A stretch of 64,000 bases of DNA from a virus, in the IMG/VR virus record IMGVR_UViG_3300020470_001965. The stretch is one strand, 5' to 3'. Of this stretch, positions 1 through 7,119 are shown piece after piece. Within the stretch, counting starts at the first letter, position 1; each line of letters starts with the position of its first letter. A program made the position numbers and the translations under genes. Under the pieces are notes generated by a model. It saw only the letters and a program-made list of their open reading frames with translations, did not search any database and was not told the DNA's origin.

Positions 1-267
1 CCACAACAAAAGATAGATCCAACTTTCATAGCTTCAGTTTTTACTGGAGTTTTAGCGAGCTTCGGAATTCAGACAGCGAGTAAGAAAGGTGATGGTACCA
101 TGAAGATGGACAAGAATGGTAACCCTGCTGGTGGACCACCACCTGTCACTGCTAAGGATATAGAAGCAATCATAGCGAAAGCTGGACCTACTCAAACTAT
201 TCGTATTGAGCAAGCACCTCTTAAAATAGTTGGTGTCTCAACCGATGACAAACCTTACAAACTATAG
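1..267 (+). CDS. Partial (5'-truncated) cyanophage/cyanobacterial hypothetical membrane protein
   Basis: Frame 1 is open from base 1 (PQQKIDPTFIASVFTGVLASFGIQ...KPYKL) to TAG at 265-267; not in the supplied ORF track. Confidence 0.7.
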   Translation, partial: PQQKIDPTFIASVFTGVLASFGIQTASKKGDGTMKMDKNGNPAGGPPPVTAKDIEAIIAKAGPTQTIRIEQAPLKIVGVSTDDKPYKL

Positions 268-271
268 AATC

Positions 272-490
272 ATGCAAAAAATTGTTAACGTACTAGCACT
301 CGTATCTTTCGTAGGTATAGTTGGTGTAGTAGGAGCTGGGGGATATGTTTTTCTTCAGAAGGATGCCATCATTAAAGATGTAACAGAAGGTATATTGGGT
401 GATGTCCTTGGTGATATGCCAGCAATCCCAGAAGTACCAGCAGCAACAGGTGGAGTCGCACCACCAGCAGGGCTAGGTGTCCCTAACTAG
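272..490 (+). CDS. Hypothetical protein with N-terminal transmembrane helix
   Basis: MQKIVNVLALVSFVGIVGVVGAGGYVF; ATG 4 nt after the upstream stop. Confidence 0.7.
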   Translation: MQKIVNVLALVSFVGIVGVVGAGGYVFLQKDAIIKDVTEGILGDVLGDMPAIPEVPAATGGVAPPAGLGVPN

Positions 491-1305
491 TGGACATAAA
501 TGAGATTATGGTTAGGATGCGAGAGATTAAAAATCCTCGCATCACTATCATAGACAATACTGATATTACCATTCCTAATAAACAGATATCTGAAATAAGA
601 AATCAGGATATCCAAGGTATTAATACTGGGGATGTTAAAGTTTATGAGATTAGGGATCCTGTTGTCACAGGTTTGACTGTACCTGTTACTGTGGATGCAG
701 GTAAACCTATTGTCAATATACCTGGTTGTGTTAAAGCACATAAGGATAATGCTGGTAAGAATAAGAACCTCGTAGATGATGACCCTAAGGGTGTCATGAC
801 TTATTGCGATGGTTCACAACCATCATTTAGTCCTATGGACTATCAAAGTGATGAGTTAACATTTGAGCAGGAGAAATACGAACCAAACCTCAAGATACCA
901 CCACCTAAGGTTCCAGATCCACCTGAGGTTCCAGCGATACAATGCTATGAACCACAGATTAAAGATCCTGTAACGGGTCAGTGTATTGATGAACCTACAC
1001 AGAATACCGAACAAAAGGATGATGGTCCTTCGTTTGCAGAACAATATTTACCTGAGGTAAGTACGGTTACTACTACAGCAGCGATAGCAGTGGTAGCTAC
1101 CTCGTCAGCATTACTTGCTAAACCATTAGCAGATCTATTACTTAAGGTCATCAAACCTGCAGTCAAGCAGGCAATGACCAAAATCCAAAGACTACTGGGT
1201 AAGAATCCATATAAACCATCAAGGAATGAGATCATTGCTAATGCATATAGAGAGAAGAAAGGGTTGCTGCCACTGAAGCCTCAGAAAAAGAAGAAGAATA
1301 AATAA
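490..1305 (+). CDS. Conserved cyanophage hypothetical protein (Pro-rich linker, C-terminal hydrophobic segment)
   Basis: 271-aa ORF; start may be further downstream. Confidence 0.7.
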   Translation: MDINEIMVRMREIKNPRITIIDNTDITIPNKQISEIRNQDIQGINTGDVKVYEIRDPVVTGLTVPVTVDAGKPIVNIPGCVKAHKDNAGKNKNLVDDDPKGVMTYCDGSQPSFSPMDYQSDELTFEQEKYEPNLKIPPPKVPDPPEVPAIQCYEPQIKDPVTGQCIDEPTQNTEQKDDGPSFAEQYLPEVSTVTTTAAIAVVATSSALLAKPLADLLLKVIKPAVKQAMTKIQRLLGKNPYKPSRNEIIANAYREKKGLLPLKPQKKKKNK

Positions 1306-1309
1306 ATTC

Positions 1310-1519
1310 ATGGCTCAACGCTCAATTAAGTTTACTATTAGACAGGATGGTACTGTAACCGAGGAGGTTATGGGTGCTGTTGGTAATGAGTGTGAAAATC
1401 TTACTAAGAGGATTGAGGAGAGGTTAGGTCAAGTAGAGAAGGTAGAATATAAACCAGAGTATTACAAGCAAAAACAAACCTTAGAGGATCATGTCACACT
1501 TCACTTGCATAAAGACTAA
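1310..1519 (+). CDS. DUF2997-family protein
   Basis: IKFTIRQDGTVTEEVMGAVGNECENLTKRIEERLG signature; adjacent to DUF1257 as in cyanobacteria. Confidence 0.8.
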   Translation: MAQRSIKFTIRQDGTVTEEVMGAVGNECENLTKRIEERLGQVEKVEYKPEYYKQKQTLEDHVTLHLHKD

Positions 1520-1868
1520 ACTTAAGGAGAGACCGTTCCTGATTGATGCATTAAAAGAATTAGACTACAACGTACAAGAGAACCACCTACTAATCAATCC
1601 TGAAGACCATAACCATAAGCAGTGGAATGTAGAGGTTGCTATCTCTGATGAGATAGGGTTTAAGTGGAACGGTAAGGAGTATGAATTGGTTGCTGAACTT
1701 GATGCTTGGGATCTAGATGTGCCTGTTAGTAGGTTCATAGAGAAAGTCACCCAACAGTATGCTAGGGCAACTCTTCTAGATGCTGCAAAGAATGAAGGAT
1801 ATACTATTGCAGAGGAGAAGACTAGTGTCACTAATGACATCGAGGTAGTGGTAACCCGATGGGACTAG
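1491..1868 (+). CDS. ycf35: Ycf35/DUF1257-family protein
   Basis: MSHFTCIKTKL...IGFKWNGKEYELVAELDAW...VTQQYA...VVTRW. Confidence 0.8.
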   Translation: MSHFTCIKTKLKERPFLIDALKELDYNVQENHLLINPEDHNHKQWNVEVAISDEIGFKWNGKEYELVAELDAWDLDVPVSRFIEKVTQQYARATLLDAAKNEGYTIAEEKTSVTNDIEVVVTRWD

Positions 1869-1887
1869 GCATAAATTTTTGTGAATT

Positions 1888-1931
1888 GTATCAGGGAATA
1901 CGGACCGAACTTGTATAAATAATGGTAGAAT
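1888..1931 (+). promoter_or_regulatory. Putative NtcA box plus extended -10, overlapping a T4-type late promoter
   Basis: GTA-TCAGGGAA-TAC at 1888-1901; TGG-TAGAAT with -10 at 1926-1931 (24-nt spacer); TATAAATA at 1914-1921. Confidence 0.45.
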
Positions 1932-1996
1932 TGGGATAACAAGATGTAACCAAAACCTCTATATCATGAGGTCCATATTGAGTAAAGGAGGAACAA

Positions 1997-2155
1997 ATGT
2001 TTAGCCATCTATCACACAACCAACTGGCAGAATGGAATCACAACATTGAGGAAACACCACTAGAAGACCCAATAGACGAATACTTTGAGTGCCTGATTGA
2101 GTGTGATGATAGTCAGTCCAGTTGTCGAAGACTCTGCGGAGATCTTCTAAAGTAA
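1997..2155 (+). CDS. 52-aa acidic peptide with four Cys (CLIEC-x6-CRRLC)
   Basis: Strong SD AAGGAGG; MFSHLSHNQLAEWN...DEYFECLIECDDSQSSCRRLCGDLLK; followed by a terminator; below the ORF-track cutoff. Confidence 0.8.
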   Translation: MFSHLSHNQLAEWNHNIEETPLEDPIDEYFECLIECDDSQSSCRRLCGDLLK

Positions 2156-2173
2156 AAATCATTCATTTGCTTC

Positions 2174-2197
2174 GTCCCTCCTTGAGAGGGACTTTTT
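2174..2197 (+). terminator. Rho-independent terminator
   Basis: GTCCCTC-cttga-GAGGGAC + TTTTT. Confidence 0.8.
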
Positions 2198-2230
2198 ATT
2201 TTGCTAAATAGATTAGTTTGTCCAAAAATA

Positions 2231-3028
2231 ATGACAGCACTAATTGATCCAAAAGAATACTCCGACGTGGTTGACCTATTGAGGTCATTTTTTTTGTCTA
2301 AAAATTTCCTAGAAGTTCATACACAAAATCGTTTAAGTATCCTTGCTGCCTGTGAAGACCCAGAGACAGTAGCAACATATGAATACAATGGTCAGGTATG
2401 GCCACTGCCACAGACAGGTCAGATGTGGTTAGAATATGAATTACTATCCAACCCCAAAGCAGAGGGGTTTTTCTGTGTCTCAACGTCGTATAGGGCAGAA
2501 CCAAACCCTGTACCAGGAAGACATGAAGTTATCTTCCCCATGTTTGAGTTCGAGATGAAGGGTGGTGTTAAAGAACTCGAAGATATGGAGAAAGAACTGT
2601 GTGAATGGTTGGGTATACCATTAGATATTGGTAGTATTAGAACCTATCAAGAATGGTCTGACGTTTATGATACAAAAGAACTTGACCATGAACATGAAGA
2701 TTGGATTGGTCGTGGTATGATTACTGACTTCCCTGAGTGGACATCACCATTCTGGAACATGGCTAGAAATGATGATGGTACTAGTAAAAAGATTGATGTT
2801 ATTCTAGGTGGTAAAGAAACTATTGGTAGTGCTGAAAGGAGTACCGATAAGGATCAGATGAGAGAGACCTTCTATACCATATCAGATGGTAAGTATGCTC
2901 AACTTATTATTGATCTGTTTGGTAAGGAAAGAGTAGAGAAAGAACTAGAAGACTTCCTCTCATTCGATTTCTTCCCACGATCAGGTGGAGGCATTGGTAT
3001 ACAACGTCTTATATCAGCCCTTAAGTAA
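2231..3028 (+). CDS. Class IIb aminoacyl-tRNA synthetase paralog (AsnRS/AspRS-like catalytic domain only; AsnRS2/asparagine synthetase-like)
   Basis: Motif 1 LRSFFLSKNFLEVHT, motif 2 YRAE..RH..F.M.EFEM, ETIGSAER, motif 3 PRSGGGIGIQRL; 265 aa with no N-terminal OB-fold anticodon-binding domain. Confidence 0.85.
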   Translation: MTALIDPKEYSDVVDLLRSFFLSKNFLEVHTQNRLSILAACEDPETVATYEYNGQVWPLPQTGQMWLEYELLSNPKAEGFFCVSTSYRAEPNPVPGRHEVIFPMFEFEMKGGVKELEDMEKELCEWLGIPLDIGSIRTYQEWSDVYDTKELDHEHEDWIGRGMITDFPEWTSPFWNMARNDDGTSKKIDVILGGKETIGSAERSTDKDQMRETFYTISDGKYAQLIIDLFGKERVEKELEDFLSFDFFPRSGGGIGIQRLISALK

Positions 3029-3037
3029 GGGCAACTA

Positions 3038-3123
3038 TGTGAGGTGACGAAACTGGTAAACGTGGCAGGTTGTTTCCCTGCTGTTCCTGGCGGGACTTGG
3101 TGGTTCGACTCCACCCCTCACAG
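3038..3123 (+). tRNA. Atypical tRNA with GTT (Asn) anticodon and long variable arm; CCA not encoded
   Basis: Acceptor TGTGAGG/CCTCACA + G73; D arm ACG-AAACTGGTAAA-CGT; anticodon arm GCAGG-TTGTTTC-CCTGC; variable arm GTTCC-TGGC-GGGAC; T arm GGTGG-TTCGACT-CCACC. Confidence 0.9.
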
Positions 3124-4272
3124 TTATTTTTCTACGACTGGATTAGAGATAGATACTGGTTCGAATACGAAGTCTTCGTTAGCACCTATGGTTTCTCTCT
3201 TGATGAGTTTTGCTTTACCATTCTCATCATACTCAAAGACTGATACCTCCGTTGCTGATGTCTTTACTCGTACTGTTTTATTCTTAATAGTTTGGTTACC
3301 ATCTCCGTCAACCTCATAGGTTGTTACTTCTTCTTTATTATCGTTAGCAGTTACCTGTGGGATAGTATGTGAGTGATTTGGTAGTCCGTTTTGAGGTAAA
3401 GTAACCACAACGTCAGCACAAACACTAGCATATGGTGACTTCGGATGGAAGACTATGCCTTGCTGTTTGAGTTCACCACAATTTTTGAGACGAGCTATCT
3501 CAAAGTCTAGCCTTTTGTTGGCAAGTAACTGTGCTTGTAGTGCTGTCTGTGTATTATATGCTTTCTTACAACCGTTTTGTAGTTGTTTATCTAATGGTAT
3601 TGATATCGTTGCACTGATACCTAAATTTAGATTCAGGTTATCCTTCTGTCCAGTTCTAGTAGGAATATAGTAGAGGATCTGACCTGGATTATCTGGGATA
3701 CCATCGTCATCATTGTCTGCGTTATTGTAGACAGGATCATCATAGTAATATTCTTTAGGATTCTGGTGTGATATCGCATGTGTCACAAATGGTGTGATGT
3801 TAAGGGTAGGACCCTGACACGAGATACCATTGCCATATGTGTTTGTAATATATGGACCTTGTAAAACTTGTATTGCCTGGTTGGTGACTGAGCCCGAACT
3901 ATTAGCTATCGGATTGGCAGTCGCACTAACACCTCCTACGTCTGCTGCATAGGTAGGTGAACATGTTAACGCTGCAATTACTGGGAGAAGATACTTGTTG
4001 TATCTGTTACGCTTGTTACGTTGGTGGTACGTTGGATTATTGTCTGGTTGGATATACCTGGTCCCATGTATGTAGTCGTTAGTTGGAATGCCCCTCCTGG
4101 AGTTGTTATCGTGTAGTCTCCTAGGGTTGATAGATCCAGTTGAGATGTTGTCTGAGGAGTTGTGTCCGTGGCTGAACCAAGTACGTCTACTGAACCCGAT
4201 GTTACGGTTGCGTCGGGTAATAGACTTGATCCATTGTGTGAAATTCCTGTTCCCGTTACTGAATATTGCCAT
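3124..4272 (-). CDS. Conserved cyanophage protein with signal-peptide-like segment; true start unresolved (probably near 3978-4000)
   Basis: Mature-like part ADVGGVSATANPIANSSGSVTNQAIQVLQGPY; the first ~95 codons overlap the upstream gene in another frame. Confidence 0.7.
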   Translation of the reverse strand: MAIFSNGNRNFTQWIKSITRRNRNIGFSRRTWFSHGHNSSDNISTGSINPRRLHDNNSRRGIPTNDYIHGTRYIQPDNNPTYHQRNKRNRYNKYLLPVIAALTCSPTYAADVGGVSATANPIANSSGSVTNQAIQVLQGPYITNTYGNGISCQGPTLNITPFVTHAISHQNPKEYYYDDPVYNNADNDDDGIPDNPGQILYYIPTRTGQKDNLNLNLGISATISIPLDKQLQNGCKKAYNTQTALQAQLLANKRLDFEIARLKNCGELKQQGIVFHPKSPYASVCADVVVTLPQNGLPNHSHTIPQVTANDNKEEVTTYEVDGDGNQTIKNKTVRVKTSATEVSVFEYDENGKAKLIKRETIGANEDFVFEPVSISNPVVEK

Positions 4273-4448
4273 CCTGTATTATAGTCAATAGAGTTAATCG
4301 TCTCAGTCACTGTCGAGGTTGTCTCGGTGTGGCTCGTCATTGAGCCCTGGGTGAAGTTGGGGACCACAGGGACCGCCAGGGCAGGTACAGCACTTGCAAG
4401 TACAGTACCCACAGCAGTCACATATAGGGCAATCGTCTTCTTCATCAC
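3978..4448 (-). CDS. Secreted or virion Ser/Thr-rich beta protein
   Basis: Signal peptide ...AVPALA|VPVVPNFTQGSMTSHTETT. Confidence 0.8.
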   Translation of the reverse strand: MMKKTIALYVTAVGTVLASAVPALAVPVVPNFTQGSMTSHTETTSTVTETINSIDYNTGWQYSVTGTGISHNGSSLLPDATVTSGSVDVLGSATDTTPQTTSQLDLSTLGDYTITTPGGAFQLTTTYMGPGISNQTIIQRTTNVTSVTDTTSIFSQ

Positions 4449-4457
4449 TATATATCA

Positions 4458-4979
4458 CTATCTTACTGTGAGTTCAGTTACGAATTGTGTTGTTACTGTA
4501 GTACCAGCACCACCAGCATTAGGTGCATCATCACCAGTAGCAAAACCATGAGCACTAGTAACCTGACCAGCTAGGTCTCCAGCAGATCCAGCAGCAGTAG
4601 AATACTGATTAGAGTATGCAGCAACAGCACCAGTAGAAGGTGCAGAACCTATAGCGTCACCTGTAGTTAGACTAGTTGTGAAGCTGAATGCATTTCCAGC
4701 AGTGGTTTGGGTCGCATCTGGAACAGTAAATGTAGCAACACCTGTGTTACTTACAGCAGATATACCACCAAGACTTGCAGCAGCGGATCCACCAGACGGT
4801 GTTACTGTTGTTGTGACATTATTTCCTGATATACTAAACGTATTTCCAGCTCTAGTGACAGATGTCGCAGCTGCGTCCACTGTTAAAGCAGCACTCGTTG
4901 TCATACGGTGGTGTATATCGGCTCTTGCAGCAGAGCCACTCATCAAAATCATACCGAAAAGCAGTAATACTTTTCTCAT
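4458..4979 (-). CDS. Secreted or virion Ala/Thr/Gly-rich protein
   Basis: Signal peptide MRKVLLLFGMILMSGSAARA|DIHH; C-terminal QFVTELTVR. Confidence 0.8.
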   Translation of the reverse strand: MRKVLLLFGMILMSGSAARADIHHRMTTSAALTVDAAATSVTRAGNTFSISGNNVTTTVTPSGGSAAASLGGISAVSNTGVATFTVPDATQTTAGNAFSFTTSLTTGDAIGSAPSTGAVAAYSNQYSTAAGSAGDLAGQVTSAHGFATGDDAPNAGGAGTTVTTQFVTELTVR

Positions 4980-5072
4980 GTGTTTTTACCTAGGTGATTC
5001 TATTTAGCTGATTACGACCTGTTACAAATGTACTATTCGGATAGCACTACCCCTAGTATCAGGCCGATGTGC

Positions 5073-5080
5073 TATAAATA
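5073..5080 (+). promoter_or_regulatory. T4-type late promoter upstream of hsp20
   Basis: TATAAATA. Confidence 0.7.
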
Positions 5081-5139
5081 TATGTGGATGCCTTTGGGGT
5101 CCACAAAACACAAACTCGCTTAGTAAAGGAGCTACTATC

Positions 5140-5568
5140 ATGGGAAACCTAACACGTTATCGTGCGACAGATCTTCCACAACTAATGGAAAAGATCAACA
5201 AGTATGGCATAGGACTAGACTCATACTTCGATCATTTCTTTAGTCAAGATCAATCGACAAACTATCCACCCTACAATTTGATTCATCTTAGTAATCATGA
5301 ATCACGTTTGGAGGTCGCACTAGCAGGATTTAAAAAGGATGAAGTCAAAGTGTATACCGAGTATGGTAAACTCTTTGTAGAAGGTAAGGTAGAAGAGAAA
5401 GAAGAACCAGAGTATGCTTACAGAGGACTCTCTAAGAGAAACTTCAGTAGGTCATGGCAACTCTCTGAGGATGTAGAGATCAAGCATGTTGATTTCGAAG
5501 ATGGACTACTGAATGTTTTACTTGGTAAGGTAGTTCCTGAGCACCATGCAAGAAAAGACTATATGTGA
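5140..5568 (+). CDS. hsp20: Small heat-shock protein (Hsp20/IbpA-like)
   Basis: NYPPYNL, EVALAGF, YRGLSKRNFSRSWQL, FEDGLL; SD AAGGAG. Confidence 0.95.
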   Translation: MGNLTRYRATDLPQLMEKINKYGIGLDSYFDHFFSQDQSTNYPPYNLIHLSNHESRLEVALAGFKKDEVKVYTEYGKLFVEGKVEEKEEPEYAYRGLSKRNFSRSWQLSEDVEIKHVDFEDGLLNVLLGKVVPEHHARKDYM

Positions 5569-5598
5569 TAGTATACATATAGTAACTGTCATACCACA

Positions 5599-5823
5599 GT
5601 GGCTGATAAAAAACAGTACGAGAAGACACCTTTTCGTAAGTACTATGAAGAGTTCTGTGAAGTTTTAGGTCACCCACTGTGGATGCTGCCAATGATGATG
5701 ATTGGTTTCTTCTTTATGGTAGAATTTATGCATACCATGTACCATATGGATGGTGAGAAGGATGCACACGGATTCTGTGGCAGGCAGGAATGGGTAAAAG
5801 AATTAATGGAGGATGAATGGTAG
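5599..5823 (+). CDS. Hypothetical Met/His-rich membrane protein
   Basis: TM segment LWMLPMMMIGFFFMVEF, then MHTMYHM...AHGFC. Confidence 0.6.
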   Translation: MADKKQYEKTPFRKYYEEFCEVLGHPLWMLPMMMIGFFFMVEFMHTMYHMDGEKDAHGFCGRQEWVKELMEDEW

Positions 5824-5984
5824 AACTACTTCAGTTATTAGAGGCAGGTCTAGTGTTTACAGCAGTTTCTATAGCTGCTGTGAGTGCTCCTGTCTCTCTT
5901 CTTACTGACGCTGAACTACCTGACATTGCTCCATTGATAGAACAAGAACAACAAACACCACCAAAACAAGAGGAGGATGACTGA
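5817..5984 (+). CDS. 55-aa hypothetical membrane protein
   Basis: SD GGAGG; MVELLQLLEAGLVFTAVSIAAVSAPV...; fills the gap between neighbours. Confidence 0.6.
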   Translation: MVELLQLLEAGLVFTAVSIAAVSAPVSLLTDAELPDIAPLIEQEQQTPPKQEEDD

Positions 5985-6309
5985 ATCAGAATTTACAGGA
6001 GTACCTGGTACTGACGTATCAGATACTGCACCAGGACTAATTCCAGAAAATACTAATCCATTTCCAGGAGGTGATCCACTATCAGAGATTCATCAGCATT
6101 TGCACGAATTAAATCAAAAGGTAGATCATTTATTAAGGTCAAGGGTCGAACTGTTAGCTAAGGTAGATCATCTACTTGAGCATGCACATCAACCATTCGA
6201 GGGTCATATAACCCTGCATCCACCTGCTAAGGTTCCTGCAGGGAATGATGATGAGTGGGATGGCGATCCTAACTGTGAGGATTGTAAACCAGATCCAGAT
6301 CTGATCTGA
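5977..6309 (+). CDS. Hypothetical coiled-coil protein, His-rich, C-terminal CxxC
   Basis: KVDHLL repeated at 14-aa spacing; CEDC. Confidence 0.7.
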   Translation: MTESEFTGVPGTDVSDTAPGLIPENTNPFPGGDPLSEIHQHLHELNQKVDHLLRSRVELLAKVDHLLEHAHQPFEGHITLHPPAKVPAGNDDEWDGDPNCEDCKPDPDLI

Positions 6310-6330
6310 AGCCTATATAAAACACAACCA

Positions 6331-6353
6331 AAGAGACCTGAGGGTCTCTTTTT
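6331..6353 (+). terminator. Rho-independent terminator
   Basis: AAGAGACC-tgag-GGTCTCTT + TTT. Confidence 0.7.
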
Positions 6354-6367
6354 GTTTGGAGATAACA

Positions 6368-6610
6368 ATGAACATGTATGTTAATCTATGTCCAGCATAC
6401 ACTGAGAAGAGTGAGACTCTTACAGTGGACATTCCACCTGACCAGATGGATGAGTTTATGCAATATGTCCACATTCTATCTGAAGAGAAGAACATTAATG
6501 CCCGTCGAGCATTTGCAGATTTGATTAAAGAATCGTACTACACACTAATGGAGAAAGATTATGAGCGTAAAGGTCGTAAGAATGCAAAACGGAGAGGACG
6601 TAATCGCTGA
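6368..6610 (+). CDS. Hypothetical protein
   Basis: ORF with SD GGAG. Confidence 0.65.
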   Translation: MNMYVNLCPAYTEKSETLTVDIPPDQMDEFMQYVHILSEEKNINARRAFADLIKESYYTLMEKDYERKGRKNAKRRGRNR

Positions 6611-6935
6611 CGTAAAGGAGATGCGTCAGAGTGAGGATGGTCCTGCTATGGCATATAAATTGGAGTATCCATATGCTTTAACTATCAAACCTAATGCAAC
6701 GTTGCTGTTGGAACAAGAGCAGTCACTTGACTTAGATGAGATTGACATAGAGTTTCAGACATATGTTCCATTGTCAAAGCACTCTTATATATTTCTACCG
6801 ATACCATCAGTAGCACTTATATATGAACCACATGATAACCTCCTATCAAAGTACCATGAACTATTAGAAGCCAATGCTGAAACTGATACTACTGAAGACC
6901 AACCCCCAGTTACACCTGTTGGGACAGCTGACTGA
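6561..6935 (+). CDS. Conserved T4-like phage protein upstream of DNA polymerase (Sm-like fold likely)
   Basis: MSVKVVRMQNGEDVIADVKE; usual position before gp43. Confidence 0.7.
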   Translation: MSVKVVRMQNGEDVIADVKEMRQSEDGPAMAYKLEYPYALTIKPNATLLLEQEQSLDLDEIDIEFQTYVPLSKHSYIFLPIPSVALIYEPHDNLLSKYHELLEANAETDTTEDQPPVTPVGTAD

Positions 6936-7119
6936 GTTAGATGAAGAACCTAGTCTTCTCATAGAGAGATGCATGGTAGTTAAGGATGATGGTACGTTAG
7001 AACCATATCCTAAGCATACAGATCAGAGAGATTTGTTCTTGACATCTGACCTACTCTTTACTATAATGGATCCGTCTGCTACGATAGCAGATGCTTACAA
7101 GAAAGCGACTGGAGGTTGA
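6874..7119 (+). CDS. Conserved hypothetical protein upstream of gp43
   Basis: ORF coupled to gp43 start. Confidence 0.7.
   Translation: MLKLILLKTNPQLHLLGQLTELDEEPSLLIERCMVVKDDGTLEPYPKHTDQRDLFLTSDLLFTIMDPSATIADAYKKATGG
7039..7067 (+). promoter_or_regulatory. Sigma70-type early promoter for gp43
   Basis: TTGACA-17-TATAAT (perfect consensus). Confidence 0.8.

Noticed and set aside
1997-2155. Cys-rich peptide as a second CP12
   Set aside because: Lacks the C-x8-C-x2-(Y/F)D C-terminus; the true CP12 is at 63337-63573.
3038-3123. tRNA-Sec, Leu or Ser assignment because of the long variable arm
   Set aside because: The 7-nt loop centres on GTT and the acceptor/T stems are 7/5 bp, not the 8/5 of bacterial tRNA-Sec.
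3044-3319. 91-aa plus-strand ORF (and minus-strand ORF 2899-3114)
   Set aside because: They run through the tRNA cloverleaf and antisense to real genes, with no recognisable protein features.
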